A DNA stretch of 64,000 bases. Source: Lingula anatina. Lineage: Eukaryota; Animalia; Brachiopoda. Within the stretch, counting starts at the first letter, position 1. Each line of letters opens with the position of its first letter. Below the pieces are notes generated by a model. That model was given only the letters and a program-made list of their open reading frames with translations. It ran no database searches and was not told the DNA's origin. The stretch spans positions 8,804,001 to 8,868,000 of the forward strand of contig CM120643.1 of assembly GCA_051362555.1 (NCBI GenBank), given 5' to 3'. Below are positions 1-12,749 of the stretch, piece after piece. The position numbers and the translations under genes were made by a program.

Positions 1-2608
1 TTGAAAGGTCCCTCTAGTAAAAAAAATAGTGTTAGTTATTATTTAATAGCATTAGATAATATTGAATTAATTAAGTAATGTTATAGCAAATAAATATCAA
101 AACAAATAGTGCACATATATTATTTTCATTTGTTGTGTTGTAAAGAGGCCAAAAATTAAAACCAGGAAAGAATGAAAAATTCAAAGCAAAATAACGTAAG
201 CCGAAATAATGCAAGCCAAAATATATGCATATTAATATGCATATATGAATATATGTACAAACGGAAGCCAAGAAAGTTATTCGCCAATATTATAAAGCCG
301 AAATGAAGCCATCGAGCACCAACAAAAAATTCTTCATATCCCGACCCATCAGTCAGCCAAACAACGGTGCATTCGTCACACATCTGCATAGAAATCTTGC
401 CTTCCTAAACAAACACTGAACAGCATTTAATGGGAATATTCACAATTTATTACGTTACATGGTGCAAAACTGCCTCGGTCTGAAATTAAGATGACTAAAA
501 CTGTCAATTTTATACTAGGCCGATTTAACTTGCGTAGAATCATATGTTGGAAAAATCTAATTATCACAGTGTGTGGAACTTACTTGCATTTGGTTAATTT
601 TTCTGTTAACATCCACATGGTTTCACATGCATTCAGAACTGTGGTGAACATTATGCTGCGTAATGCAGTGATCTTCTAGTTCCATGGTCTTTAAACTTGG
701 GAAAGATGACCAGGCAGCGTCTGAAGTGGAATAGGAGTAGAAATATCAAAAGAAAAAAGAAAAATGCCGATTTAAAACCCATCATCAAGTTAGTTACATT
801 ATCAAAACAATTATAAATACAAATGTATTTTGAAAGTTACAAGAATGTCCGTTAGTGAATGAAGATCGAGTTACTTTGATATCACTGCCAATATACAGGG
901 AATAGACGACTCAGTTAGATAAATTGTAGGCCAAATTGCTGACCAATGAAAAACATTATTTTTAATATCAACTGCGTTCAGTCTAATAAACGATTTGACC
1001 GCATAAATACCGTTGACATACCGAAGTAAGCTATTGTCACAATTGTGATTTGATGAGGATGCAAAGACACATTAGGCCAATAATGGGCCTTAGGCTTTCG
1101 TTGTGGAACTTAATGAAAAAGAAGTTAGTGGCCTTTAAGGTATTTTTTCTAAACACATCTTAGTCGGCTAAAATGGTATACACTAAACAGTTTTTTATAT
1201 ACTAAGCAGGTTAATTTTGGACTAAATTTTTTTTTGTGAAACGAGATTAGGGCTATTCAATAATTTCCTTAATTGCTGTTGACCGTCCACTGGTCAAAGG
1301 CATGGTTATCGACCGCCCTAAAACCTAACTCTCGCTTTGTCTCCGCCGCACCAACAGAATATCCGCAGTAGTCAGAAGTCCATTAAAATGTTACCAAGTA
1401 TGGCACGTACAAATCGAATGCTGTCATTTAACGTGGTGTTAAGGATCGATACCGGCGGAAGATGCATATTTTCCTGAAATTAATCCCACTTAAAACGCGG
1501 TTCACTTCGCAGCTTGACATCGATACGTTTTAAACTGGTACAATAGTTCCAATTAGTTTCTGAACATTGGTTTCCTGTTGTTTCGACGAACCTGGCAACC
1601 GCGATTAATGGTAGTTCATGGAATACTGTATACCGCCATGCACCAAGTATTGAACTAGCGACAGTCAGACACGTTCACATCAGGACCAGAATGATCCTGA
1701 AATAGGCTAATTGACATCACCAACAGAAAAAATTAAATTACCATAACATAAGTCTTAGACATTTTTGGTGAAATAGAGTTGTCCACATAATTTGATTGTT
1801 TGACGACGCTTTTATATTTTCCATGGGTAAGGTTACTCCTGATGTGAACTGGACATTTGCCGCGTTATTTGACAGTCAAACTCCACTGACAAACAAAGTA
1901 TGCATAATTCAGTGGCGTACATCAACGCCTTGTCATATACAAATTCGACTTCTAGGTTGGCAGTATTCTTCAACGTGAATCAATAATTTGAGAAACAATA
2001 CAGGTGTCTAGTCGTTCCCGGTAACATGGCTTTATTTGAAGATTGGTATCTGGGGACAATTCATGGGATTTATCTTGTTATCAATCTCACTTTTTATTCA
2101 AAAAACCTTTACTAATACAGCGTAATGGAATCAATAGGATGCTAATTTTGTTATACACGCATTGTAACCACAAGTGGAATTAAGAGCAATAAATTTAATG
2201 TTTATTTTGCATCCGTAATTGCTTGATATCTATTGTATTGCCAGTAGCACTCTTCGTGTGTGTGGCTTCATGTTTCTATTTCTATGCTTTTTCTTTTACA
2301 GTGAAGTATTTAAATTGTGTAAGTGAAACATGCGTTAGTCATGTTACATGTCCATAACAAACAGTGCTGTATTTTGGTATGCAAATATATTGACCACGCC
2401 CCCTTTCAGATTAGCATCACAATGGTCCCATCTCCTGTATCTCTATCACATTATGAAAAATGATAAAAATAAAAATTGATATAACTTTTTAAATCTTATT
2501 TCAGAAATATACGACAAACGTTTTTGTTATCATATTAGATGTCCGTTAATATTTTGATTCAAAAATTGCTATTTAATTCTGTTACATTTTAAAAAAATGT
2601 ACTTTCAG

Positions 2609-3102
2609 GAGGCTACGTCGGCTGCTACGAGGGTAGGACGGGCGGTGTCTCTGCCGGACGCTACAATACTTCGACCTTAGATCCTACCACGTGTCAAACC
2701 ACGTGTGGCACTCAGCAGTTCTCCTACGCCCGCCTCTACAACGGGCGGTACTGTTTCTGCTCCAACGCCTTGCCCAGCGTCTTAGTGAATGACAGCCATT
2801 GCGATGACCCCTGCACCGGAGATGCCCTTAAGAAGTGTGGCGGGGACAGGCACGTCAGCGTCTACCACGTTGGTGCCGAGATCCAGGGTTTACGCGTCAC
2901 TGCCGGGGTTTTTACCGCGGGTGTGGAAGGGGCCATAGAGGTCGCCGTCACCAAGGGCAGTAACGTGGTGTATGAGGTGGATTACGGGGACGGCACGGGG
3001 AGGACAGAGGCGAACGCTACCGATTTTGACAGGAAGACTTACGTCATGCCGGGACGTTACGCCGTTACTGTGTACGCCAGTAACGCCGATGGAACCTATG
3101 AG
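2609..3102 (+). CDS. Polycystin exon: WSC domain followed by first PKD domain
   Basis: Translates GYVGCYEG...CQTTCGTQQFSYARLYNGRYCFCSN...CDDPCTGDALKKCGG...VSVY (WSC cysteine pattern), then VDYGDGT...YVMPGRYAVTVYASN (PKD signature). Confidence 0.92.
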
Positions 3103-6100
3103 GTAAACATCAGCATGTTCAGTGTAAATCTACGTTTTAAACTTTATCCAGCCACACTAATTGATTGTCTTGATTTGTTTGGCTGGGTGTTATTCTATTG
3201 ATAAACTAGAAAAGCACTCAGAGAATGCAAGCCTCCGCCAAGACGATTTATTTCTAACTACAGATCGTACTACTCCTTTCCAATTCCTTGGAAGAGAGTT
3301 CTGTATTGCAAAAAAGATCATTATATCAAACGACATAAAACCAAACCTTCCACGATAAGGTAAATGCATAGGCACCTCTTGCTATGTTTTTAAGTTGGTC
3401 CCAGCCATACGTGTTTTATCCTATGCTGATCAAGTATACCCTCTTCTTCCAGAACAAGTCCACTGCAGTGGCGGTGTCTGTGCACGAGCCTGTGCAGGGG
3501 GTACAGCTGGTCTGCCCCCTGCTGATTGGCGTCTTGCAGGAAGTCCGCTGTAACGGCACTGTCAACGCCGGCAGTGACATGAAGGTGACAGTGAAATATG
3601 GGGACATGCAGAACGAGACCTTTGCCATTGCTGGTAAGTTTTGCCATTGCTTGTGTGTTTTTAAAAAATGGGATGTAGGATTACGCAGTTAGGATGGATA
3701 CACAATTGTGGCTTGCAAACATGGGTAATGTCACCGATTTGATTGATTTTTTTGTCGATTCTGCCTTGATTTTTGCTTATGTCTATGCCTTTTTGATTCA
3801 TGTCTCAGATTTATAAGGTCGTGTTAAGTCGTATCGACGTCGCGTCGTTGGTCTGTTCAATTTTGAAAATCTCACTTGATGAAAAGATTTGTTATCCTCA
3901 AGTATAAGATATGTGACCAGTCTTTCGCCAGAGGAGGCAGAGTCTTGTTTTGCACCAAGAGGCTTTTCTGAGAGAATCAGAATTTGTGTTTGGTATTGTC
4001 AAGCATATTTACTTTAATATCCTTACATTTTGTACATTTTATTTTCAAGAGTATTGTCCATAACAACTTCAAATTAACATTGATATTCCCTCTTCGCCAA
4101 CTCTACATTCATTCCTCCTCTTGTTGTTTCAGACGCGGGTCACAGTACTGTGGGACCCTCTATCCCCGAGCACGCGTCCACTGTAGACAGCACTAGCTCT
4201 AACGACGTCCATCTCATGCCTCAGTCCGAGGTAATGGACCCAGGCACCATTACAGCGTGGGAGTACTATGCGGACATTCCCGGGAATGTGGCTTTCTTGG
4301 TAAGAGTTCATTTGGTTTTTGAAATGGCTTTTATTTCAGTGACATGGCTGGACGTGCACTTGTCATCTGCATATTTGAGCGATGTCACCCAACCGACTGC
4401 TCTCTGCCGATTCTGTGTTGAATGAGATAAGCCAGTGGCTGATTTCTGTCGTTTTTGCCTAATTGTGTCATGTTTGTGCTACGTATAGTTTATCATTTCG
4501 ATTTGTGCTTTCGTCACACCATGGCATACCAAATCATGCGTTGGGTAAAACAGCCATACTAATCTAGCAAACCGTCTGAACAATGCTTTTGTTTTAGACC
4601 CCGGAAGCCATAGACAAAACTACTAAAGTACTAGTACGAGACTTTAAGGAAAGGGGAGATCTAATAATATGCTTCTGTTTTAGATTTTCCGTCCCAAGTG
4701 TCCGACCGGAGAACAATACTGTCACGTGGAGAATATATGCAACAGCACGTGCACTTTGTCGCCTAGGCAACACAGCTGCTCTAACGGATTGTTTTCGTCA
4801 GTGCGGGGCAGTTGCGTTAACGCCACGGGCGGGGTTAGTACGGAGCCAGATCGATCGTCAGCCAGACCACCCGAGTATACCATAGTTGAGTCTATCAGTC
4901 ACGTGATCGCAAGTCGTGGATATGGGGTTCTAAGGTAAATGGTCAATACTACTTCACTCAAAAGACCAACCTGCAGGGGACAATATTACAGGCCCGTGGC
5001 CAGGGGGGTTGGGGGGGGGGGTAAGAATGAGCTGCCCTCTTGTCGGGAAAAGGTCTCCATTGGGTGAAATTTGATCAAGCCCCCCCCCCCTTTTAAATGG
5101 CTGGCTCCGTTAATTTGATTGTGCGTCTTTTACACCATGCCGTTTTTGTATGTAATTGAAAACGTAAACAATAGCCTATGGCCTCTGTTCTGTCAGATCG
5201 GACAGGAAAAATGCTGCACTTGACGTTAAATTATTCGCTGTTGTTGTTGTTGTTGTTGTTTTTTCATCTTTAATAAATTGTTTTCATCATTACGTTACAT
5301 TAAGATAAGCTGACTTTATAGTTAACCCACAAGTTGACAACTGGTGTTTTATTTGCAGTCCTAGCAGTGCAGTGGATGTGACGTATGGTGACGTCATTGG
5401 GTACCGCGGGATTGCGGGGCTCTTGGGAACACGTGTGACGTCAAGGGGAGAGCAACCAGACTTGAACTACACCGCCATCACCAACGCAGTCAAGGGGGAC
5501 GTCCTCACGACCAGCAATTTTGCTGGATTGGTGCAGCACCGTCACCTCCTGCGCGTGGTGACGAGGCGCCCTTCAAACGTCCTGGTATTCCACAAGTACG
5601 CCAGCGAGGGCCAGTACCGGGCGGACTTCGCCGTAAGCAATGACAAGATAAACTCCACTGTGACCGTCTCGTCCCAGATCGAAGTGTGGCCGGCCATCAA
5701 TCAGACGCTTCTTGATGAGCCACCGGCTTACGCTGAAATATCGAAACCCATTACCTTCACACTGTTGCCTCACACGGGTAGGTCCTAAGATGCAAGTGGA
5801 AGCTCCTCCCCCCCCCCCTCCGCAAATTGTTATTTATCTGATTCAATTCATGTGATTACTCTTTGTGATAAAGGTACCGTTTTATGTGTGAATGATTATG
5901 CTTCTAACATGTTTCCTGTTCTTTTTATGTTGATAATGATTTTCGTATACCACGATAGTCAATTTTAGTATTGCAGTGAACTATATAAAATACTTGGCAA
6001 GTGGAAAGCATGGCAATATAAGGCCTATTCTTTTACAATTAAAAAATACCATATTTGATTTACACATGGTTCGACTCTTCAGGCCGTAACTTGACGTATG

Positions 6101-9100
6101 AGTGGACGTTCAGTGATGGTACCGCTGTGTCCACCACCATCCCCAGTGTCACCCACACCTACACCAGCATCGGGCCTCACAACATCAGCGTCCGCGTTTT
6201 TAACGGCCTCTTCGAAAACAGCACCTCGTCCGCCCTGGTCATCCAAGAACCCTTGCAAGGGGTGGACATCATCACTGACCACGCTCAACTTAACACTCTT
6301 CACAACATCACTCTGAACGTGACCGGCGGGACAGAATACTCGTGCGACGTGGACTTTGGAGACGACACCTCGGTAGTGACGGTTCCAGTCTCCCAGCTGG
6401 TTGTGATGGTCCAGGTGGGGCACGTGTACACCATAGGCGGGATTCACACGATCATCGTGTCTTGCTACAACATGATCAGCCGGGTTAACGCCACCCATGA
6501 TATCCCCCTGGGGGTGCCAATCACAGGACTGCGATTCCTCAAGGAGTCCGCCATAGTCGGCGTTCCGTACGAGATCACGTTTGCCATAGACACGGGTTCT
6601 AATGTCACTTTCGAACTGTTCTTTGCCGGGACACCTATCACTAGCGTGAGATTCAACCCCAACACTATGACTGGTGATTGGGGTGCAGGGTTGTACACTA
6701 GCGCCTCCCCCTCTGTCAATGAGCTCACTTTACGGGCTATCAACACGGTTGGCACGGAGGAGATATCCGTCAATTTCACCACGGAAGAGGCGATCCCGCG
6801 GCCTACGCTGTCCGTGGATCACACGATGTTCCAGGTGGGCGGTACGGCCACTTTCAAGCTGATGATTACAGCGGGTACCAGCGTATCTATCGTGTGGGAC
6901 TACGGAGATGGCAGCAGAGAGACATATTCCATACCGGTCACGTCTGCCTGGGTGCAACAGGTGCCAGGCCTGTCAATCACGCGAAACCACACCTACACCG
7001 CAGGAGGCACGCCCACCGCTACGATCATAGTGGCTAATGCATACAGCAACCACACGTTCACACAGCAGATAGACGTCATAACACCAATTTCCAATTTGAG
7101 CCTTGCAAGCAACAGTCCCGTTGCTTACATACCACCAGGAACTGCCTCTATCATGGTCCTACAAGGGGGCGGAGCACCCGTTGCCGGGGCAACCATCAAG
7201 ATTGACTGGGGTGATGGAACGGCTGTGGAATTCAAAGACCTGGATGTCGGTTTCAACTACTATCACGAATACGAAGCCAAAGGCACCTATCGGGTCACCG
7301 CCAATGTTTCCAACCCGATTAGCTTCATGTGGCTTGAAACTGGTTTCCTGGTGGCGGAACCGGTCACCGACCTCCGACTGAGCACCGTGCCCCCTCATGT
7401 CCCGGTCGGACAGCCGTGTGTGCTGGTCTTGACCATGTACCAGGGAGAGAACGTCACGTTCTACGTGGACTTTGGTGATAGTTCCGGACTTGTAACCAAA
7501 ACAAGAGAAGGTAGGTTTGATAACCTTCAAGTTACCAGTGAAGTCGTGGTGAGAAATACGTCGGATTTTTATCATTCTTACAGTTAATTGCACGATTAAA
7601 GGTATGTATTTAAATATCGCCTGGGTATTCAAACATTTTGTATATTTCGGTAGCTGAAATAATAAAAAGGTAGGTCTGTTATCCATTTGGAAATCATTCT
7701 GTTATCCTTAGATTGTTTTCGAATATTACCACCTTTAATATCCGTTTATTTAGGCACTACCCCGTTGGACGAGGACACAGTCACTCACACGTACTCTACC
7801 ACAGGGAACTATACAATCACCGTGATAGCCAGCAATATGATGGGGAACACTACCAAAACGTACGTGATAGCGGTCCAGAACCCTGTGCAAAACGTCACCT
7901 TTGACGTCAGTTCAGATGCCCCCAGGCTAGGCATTGGTAAGTTACAATGTGGTATTGCAAAATAAAAAGTAACAGTTGCAAAAAAAAAATTGATTTCTTT
8001 TGTGATAAATAATTGTGTAATTAATTTGTGAAACGTCTGTCGTCTATTGCGACGTTACTATGCCGGTGTGAAAGGGATGATAGCCCTTGGAATGGAAATA
8101 CGCGGTCCCATATTATAAGTACAGGGTGGGGTTAGCCAGAGTATTGGGGTGAGTGTATGGGACGAATGTCACCTGTACAAGGAATTGGGGACGGACTACA
8201 GTTCTTAGTGGACTACCATTCCAGTTACTACCCTTAAGCGATATCTATAAGATCGGCACAGAAGGCCAAATTTACTTGTATTCTTATTGAAGCATTGATA
8301 CGGCACCTCAACATATGCAGTACTGTGAAAAGAAGTGTTTTGTACAAAACCCGTTTCTGAAAATTATAAAACGCTTCAAAGTATCATACTGGGCAAACAC
8401 TGATAAATAGCATCATATTGTATTTTAGGCGCAGTACAAATAACCATAGATTTCACTACGAGTCCACCAAGCCATGACATTCCCAGTGAGGCGGCTATTT
8501 CCGTGGAATGGGAAGCCGGGCAAATTGACAGCCTCCCCTTTGACTGTGCGGCTAACTGCCAAAGGGTACTGTCACACACCTTTAACGTACCTGGCGTCCA
8601 CACCAGTAATGTCACCATCTATAATCTCGCCTCCACGGTCACCTACACTGTTGATGTAAGTTTATTTGGGATCCTAGCAGTTTCATAATAAAAGACTGAG
8701 TACGGTTTGTTCAATATGAGTATGGTTTGTTCTATTCAGCCCATACCTTTGGCTTTACCTATTGCTGATTACTAGATAATAATACTTTGGGAGTTGGAAA
8801 AACGATAGATACAAAGCGGATCAATACTTAGGAACACACTCTTTCAAAACGAAATTCCCAGTTGTAGATAGCCGTAGTACAAAACATTCTAGATATTTAT
8901 CATTGATTGACTGTACACATTTCAATTTTAATTGTTTAAACAAATCACGCACACGTTATTTTATTTGACTACAAAAACAACATTTATTTGTTCTCTTTCA
9001 GACAAGCGTGTATGAAACCATCACGTCTATCGGGGCAACGGCAATGTACCAGCCTCTGATCCCGATAGGTGGCCCTGATATCGTTGGAATCGGACCAAAT

Positions 9101-12100
9101 CGGGTCGCATTTCCTTTGAACCGACCAGTCAAATTCCACGTCAATACCTCAGGTAATCCTTTTCATTACAAGGCAAAACAGACGAGAACATGCCTCGTGT
9201 AGTTTGTAAAAGTACGGTGTGAATTACAAGTGACGAGTTTGAAATTAATTATTTAGTAGCGTTGTTTGGTAGCGGTGCACCAAATTTTCTTCTCTCTCTC
9301 TCTCTTCGTTAATTTTGTATTTAAATATTCATTTACCACGTCATATTTAATACATTGTCTAGTCTATTTCTATCCACAGGTACTGTAAAAGATTATGAAC
9401 TCACGGCCTATAATGAGAATCTCAACGTTGTCTTGCACTGTATTCATACGTCATGGCCCCTGACGACACTGTTTGATACGGTAAGACGGTTCACGGCACA
9501 GGTTTATGTCATAATATCAACTTTCATTTATGTCAATCAACTCTGCTAACATTTTATTTACAGAAGCTGGTCCATATGAGGTTCGCTTGGTAATGTCTAA
9601 AGGGTAAAAACAACAAATAAAGCATTTTACTTAGTCTTAAACAAACGGAACACGGAGGTGATACTTTGTATTTAGATGATTTGTTATGGAATGCCTTACT
9701 TTGTCATGTGCTTATATGTTTAAAGTTTTTGATCGAGGGATGTTTTTATTTCTTATTATTCATTTTTTTTTTTAATTATGAGCTATCATTAACTATTTTT
9801 GTAGGCCAATAACTATACGGTGAATATAACGGCACGAAATCCGTTTTCTTCTGAGAGCGTCGTTCTGAACATCTATTTGGGGGAGCCAGTGGATATCCTC
9901 GAGATCAAAGAGAACGGCACAACGGTCACAGGCCCCGGGGAAAACAAGACATTTTTGGTCGTCTTCAACTCTACCGGCTCCGACTCCTGTGTGTACGTAG
10001 CTTTCGACAACGTCCCGTATGGCGTGTACGGATGGCGCGACGCCTGCTACAAGAACTATGCGTCGTCCGTGCCATATCTGGGTGTCATTCCCGTAGGTGT
10101 CCTGTCTATCACTACTGTGTTTCCTGACATAGGGGACCACCAGATGAGCGTCCGAGGTTTCAATCCTTTCACTGACACCACCGTCAACTTGAGTTTTCCC
10201 ATCTCCAATGTGCAGTGCCAGAAGCCCCAAGTTTCCATAGACCAACAGAAGGAGTTGTTCTATGACCCGCGAGTCGTGCACATGAAGGACAGCTTTCAAC
10301 TAACCGGGATCACGGTGATTAAATGTCAAGTTACTCTACTTAACGACAAACAATGGACGCTTGAAGAGGTGAACGGCACAACCGGTGACACCATCAGAAC
10401 CATTGACATATCCTCGATTCCCTCGGCCATGAGTGAGGAGATCGTCCTTCCGAAGAGATATCTTCCCTATGGGGTCTACAAGTTTACCTTCACGGTTCAG
10501 ATGCGGCGGGACCAGTTCCCAGAGGGAGACATATTTGAGAGATCTACTGCGACGTACGTGCGCGTGTCCGAGTCCCCTCTTGTGGTGGTTGTATTGGACG
10601 GGGGTCTTACTAAAGTAAAGCGCGGACACGGTAGGAATATCACGTTATCTCCGGGAGTGTACTCAAAGGACCCGGATTTAGACCCGACCGCTGACCAGGT
10701 GCGTATGCCATGTTACAGCCTGTTCTTTTGAAGATGCATTCACAATGCAGTTGTGATGGCTTAACTTGGTGGCGCCTTGAATTCAAACCATAAGAAGCCA
10801 ATCGAGTCCTAGATCCATCTTACATATTTGGCACTTTAAAGTAAAGGTTGAGTCAGAATGTATACAAAGAGCTATGTCAAAATATACGAATATGTTGAAT
10901 ACCAGTTTTGCCTAAATATGAGTAAGGGTTCAAAATAAAAAATAATAATAAAGCAATCGTGCTTTAAACGGGGTTTTAAAACACCCTGTTTAAAGGAAAT
11001 ATTGACGCAAACCATTTAAAGGCACGTGTCAGTAGTGAATTACAATTACATGATGTCGGGTTCTCATTGCAGGGACTGACCCAGTTCGAATACTTCTGCA
11101 GGCAGGTAGGGGAAGAGTTCGTACTAACCTCGCCCACAGGCGTGATTCCCTGGGACATATCCCGAGCCAACCCTAGCTCCCCCTTCACCTCGCCCCCTGC
11201 TCCGAACCAGGGCGGCTGTTTTGGTAACGGACCCGGTGCACTGTACATCACTTCTGGCGAGCTCAGCTTCAGCACGGGTACCATGCTAGAGAACATCACC
11301 TACGAGTTCATCGTCATCGTGGCGAAAGGTGACAGGAAGGGGTACGCCTCTCTGCTGGTTGAACTTGTAAGCGGAGACCCACCAGAGTTAACCATGAGGT
11401 ACGATAGCAAGAAAACCATGCAGTAGGCCTACCGCAAAAATTATTGTAACACTTGCTTTTCAGATCGGTGGCAATTGTCTTTTTTTATTTAAGAGAACAA
11501 AAAAGAAAAAATGAGACACGGGAGTCAAACATAAACATTTGTTCAGCTTACCTGAGCACAAAATTTACTGTCACATGGCATTGTCCAGCGGCATTTGGTC
11601 TGGATTATAGAGCCAATGCGGACAGCATCTTCATCTTCATCTTCGTCTCAAGGTTAACATACATATCGATAAGCTTCAACGTTTTAGAGGTCTGAAAATA
11701 AAGAAGTATTGAACCTGAACCTAAGAGTCACTGGTTGTGGCGTACATTAGTAATTTTTTCTTTACTTTTTTGTGTGTTCAGTCCAGGTTGCCGTATTTCA
11801 CGGTCTCCTAAATATTTTGAGGCAAAACAGTCAAATATAACTCATTTCGAAAGTTTACAGACAATTTTTATAAAACTCCACCATAGTCCAATACTGCAAG
11901 TGACATAATTTTGTTTTAGATGTGGTTTCGGCGTTTTCTGTGTTCCAACCGAAGGCGGCCAAAAGATCCGGCGATCGTCCAGGATAGCGCTGATCAGTGA
12001 CTGCCTAGCGGGCTGTGACGCGAAAGATATGAACTACACGTGGTCCTTACAGGTGCAAAGTCAAGAGGGGGTCTACGTCACGTGGCACGAGATACGGCAC

Positions 12101-12684
12101 ATAGACAAATATATCGACGGTAAGTAAAGAAATTGTTTAACGTATTCCCCAGAAATGTGTTGTTTTTTTAATATCAGAAAAATTGGTTGATACCGAACTT
12201 TTTTTAGTTGATATAGATTGCGGAATTATTTTGAATGACCATATTATTCAATCTTGATTTAACCTCCCCTTAACGAAAACCTTTAAACTAAAACATGTTG
12301 TGTGTAGCATGGTTGTAATAGCAGTATTTAATACATAACTATGTATAAAGATGTAGAATGTAGAATACACTTAAGGTATGCTCATAATCGGGGATGAATT
12401 GAACCGGGAATAGACCAAATTGCGTCATGTGGCGTCACGAGACGTCCAGAGTATAAATTTCACATATCTCAATCTGGCTACACCAACACCACATATATAA
12501 CGAGTACAAATAGGTATTTGACGCACTTGATTATTTCCGGACTAAGATAATCCTTTTAGCCAACATATCTGGGGTCGGTTTCACAACTGTAAGGGCGAAC
12601 ATTTAGTGTTATTTATCAAGAGATAAAAAATTAATAAAGCAAAATTGATACCAAATTTCGAATGTCTTTGTGAAACAGGGCCCC

Positions 12685-12749
<65 letters not shown>

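Noticed and set aside
6079-7686. Antisense and alternative-frame ORFs overlapping polycystin exons (also 9793-10299, 20705-21097)
   Set aside because: Shadow ORFs expected from GC-rich codon usage of the real exons; no recognisable motifs.
9564-9603. Possible extra mini-exon reading (E)AGPYEVRLVMSK after TTTACAG
   Set aside because: Its open frame is incompatible with the phase-0 flanking exons, which already join into a sensible PKD-like repeat.
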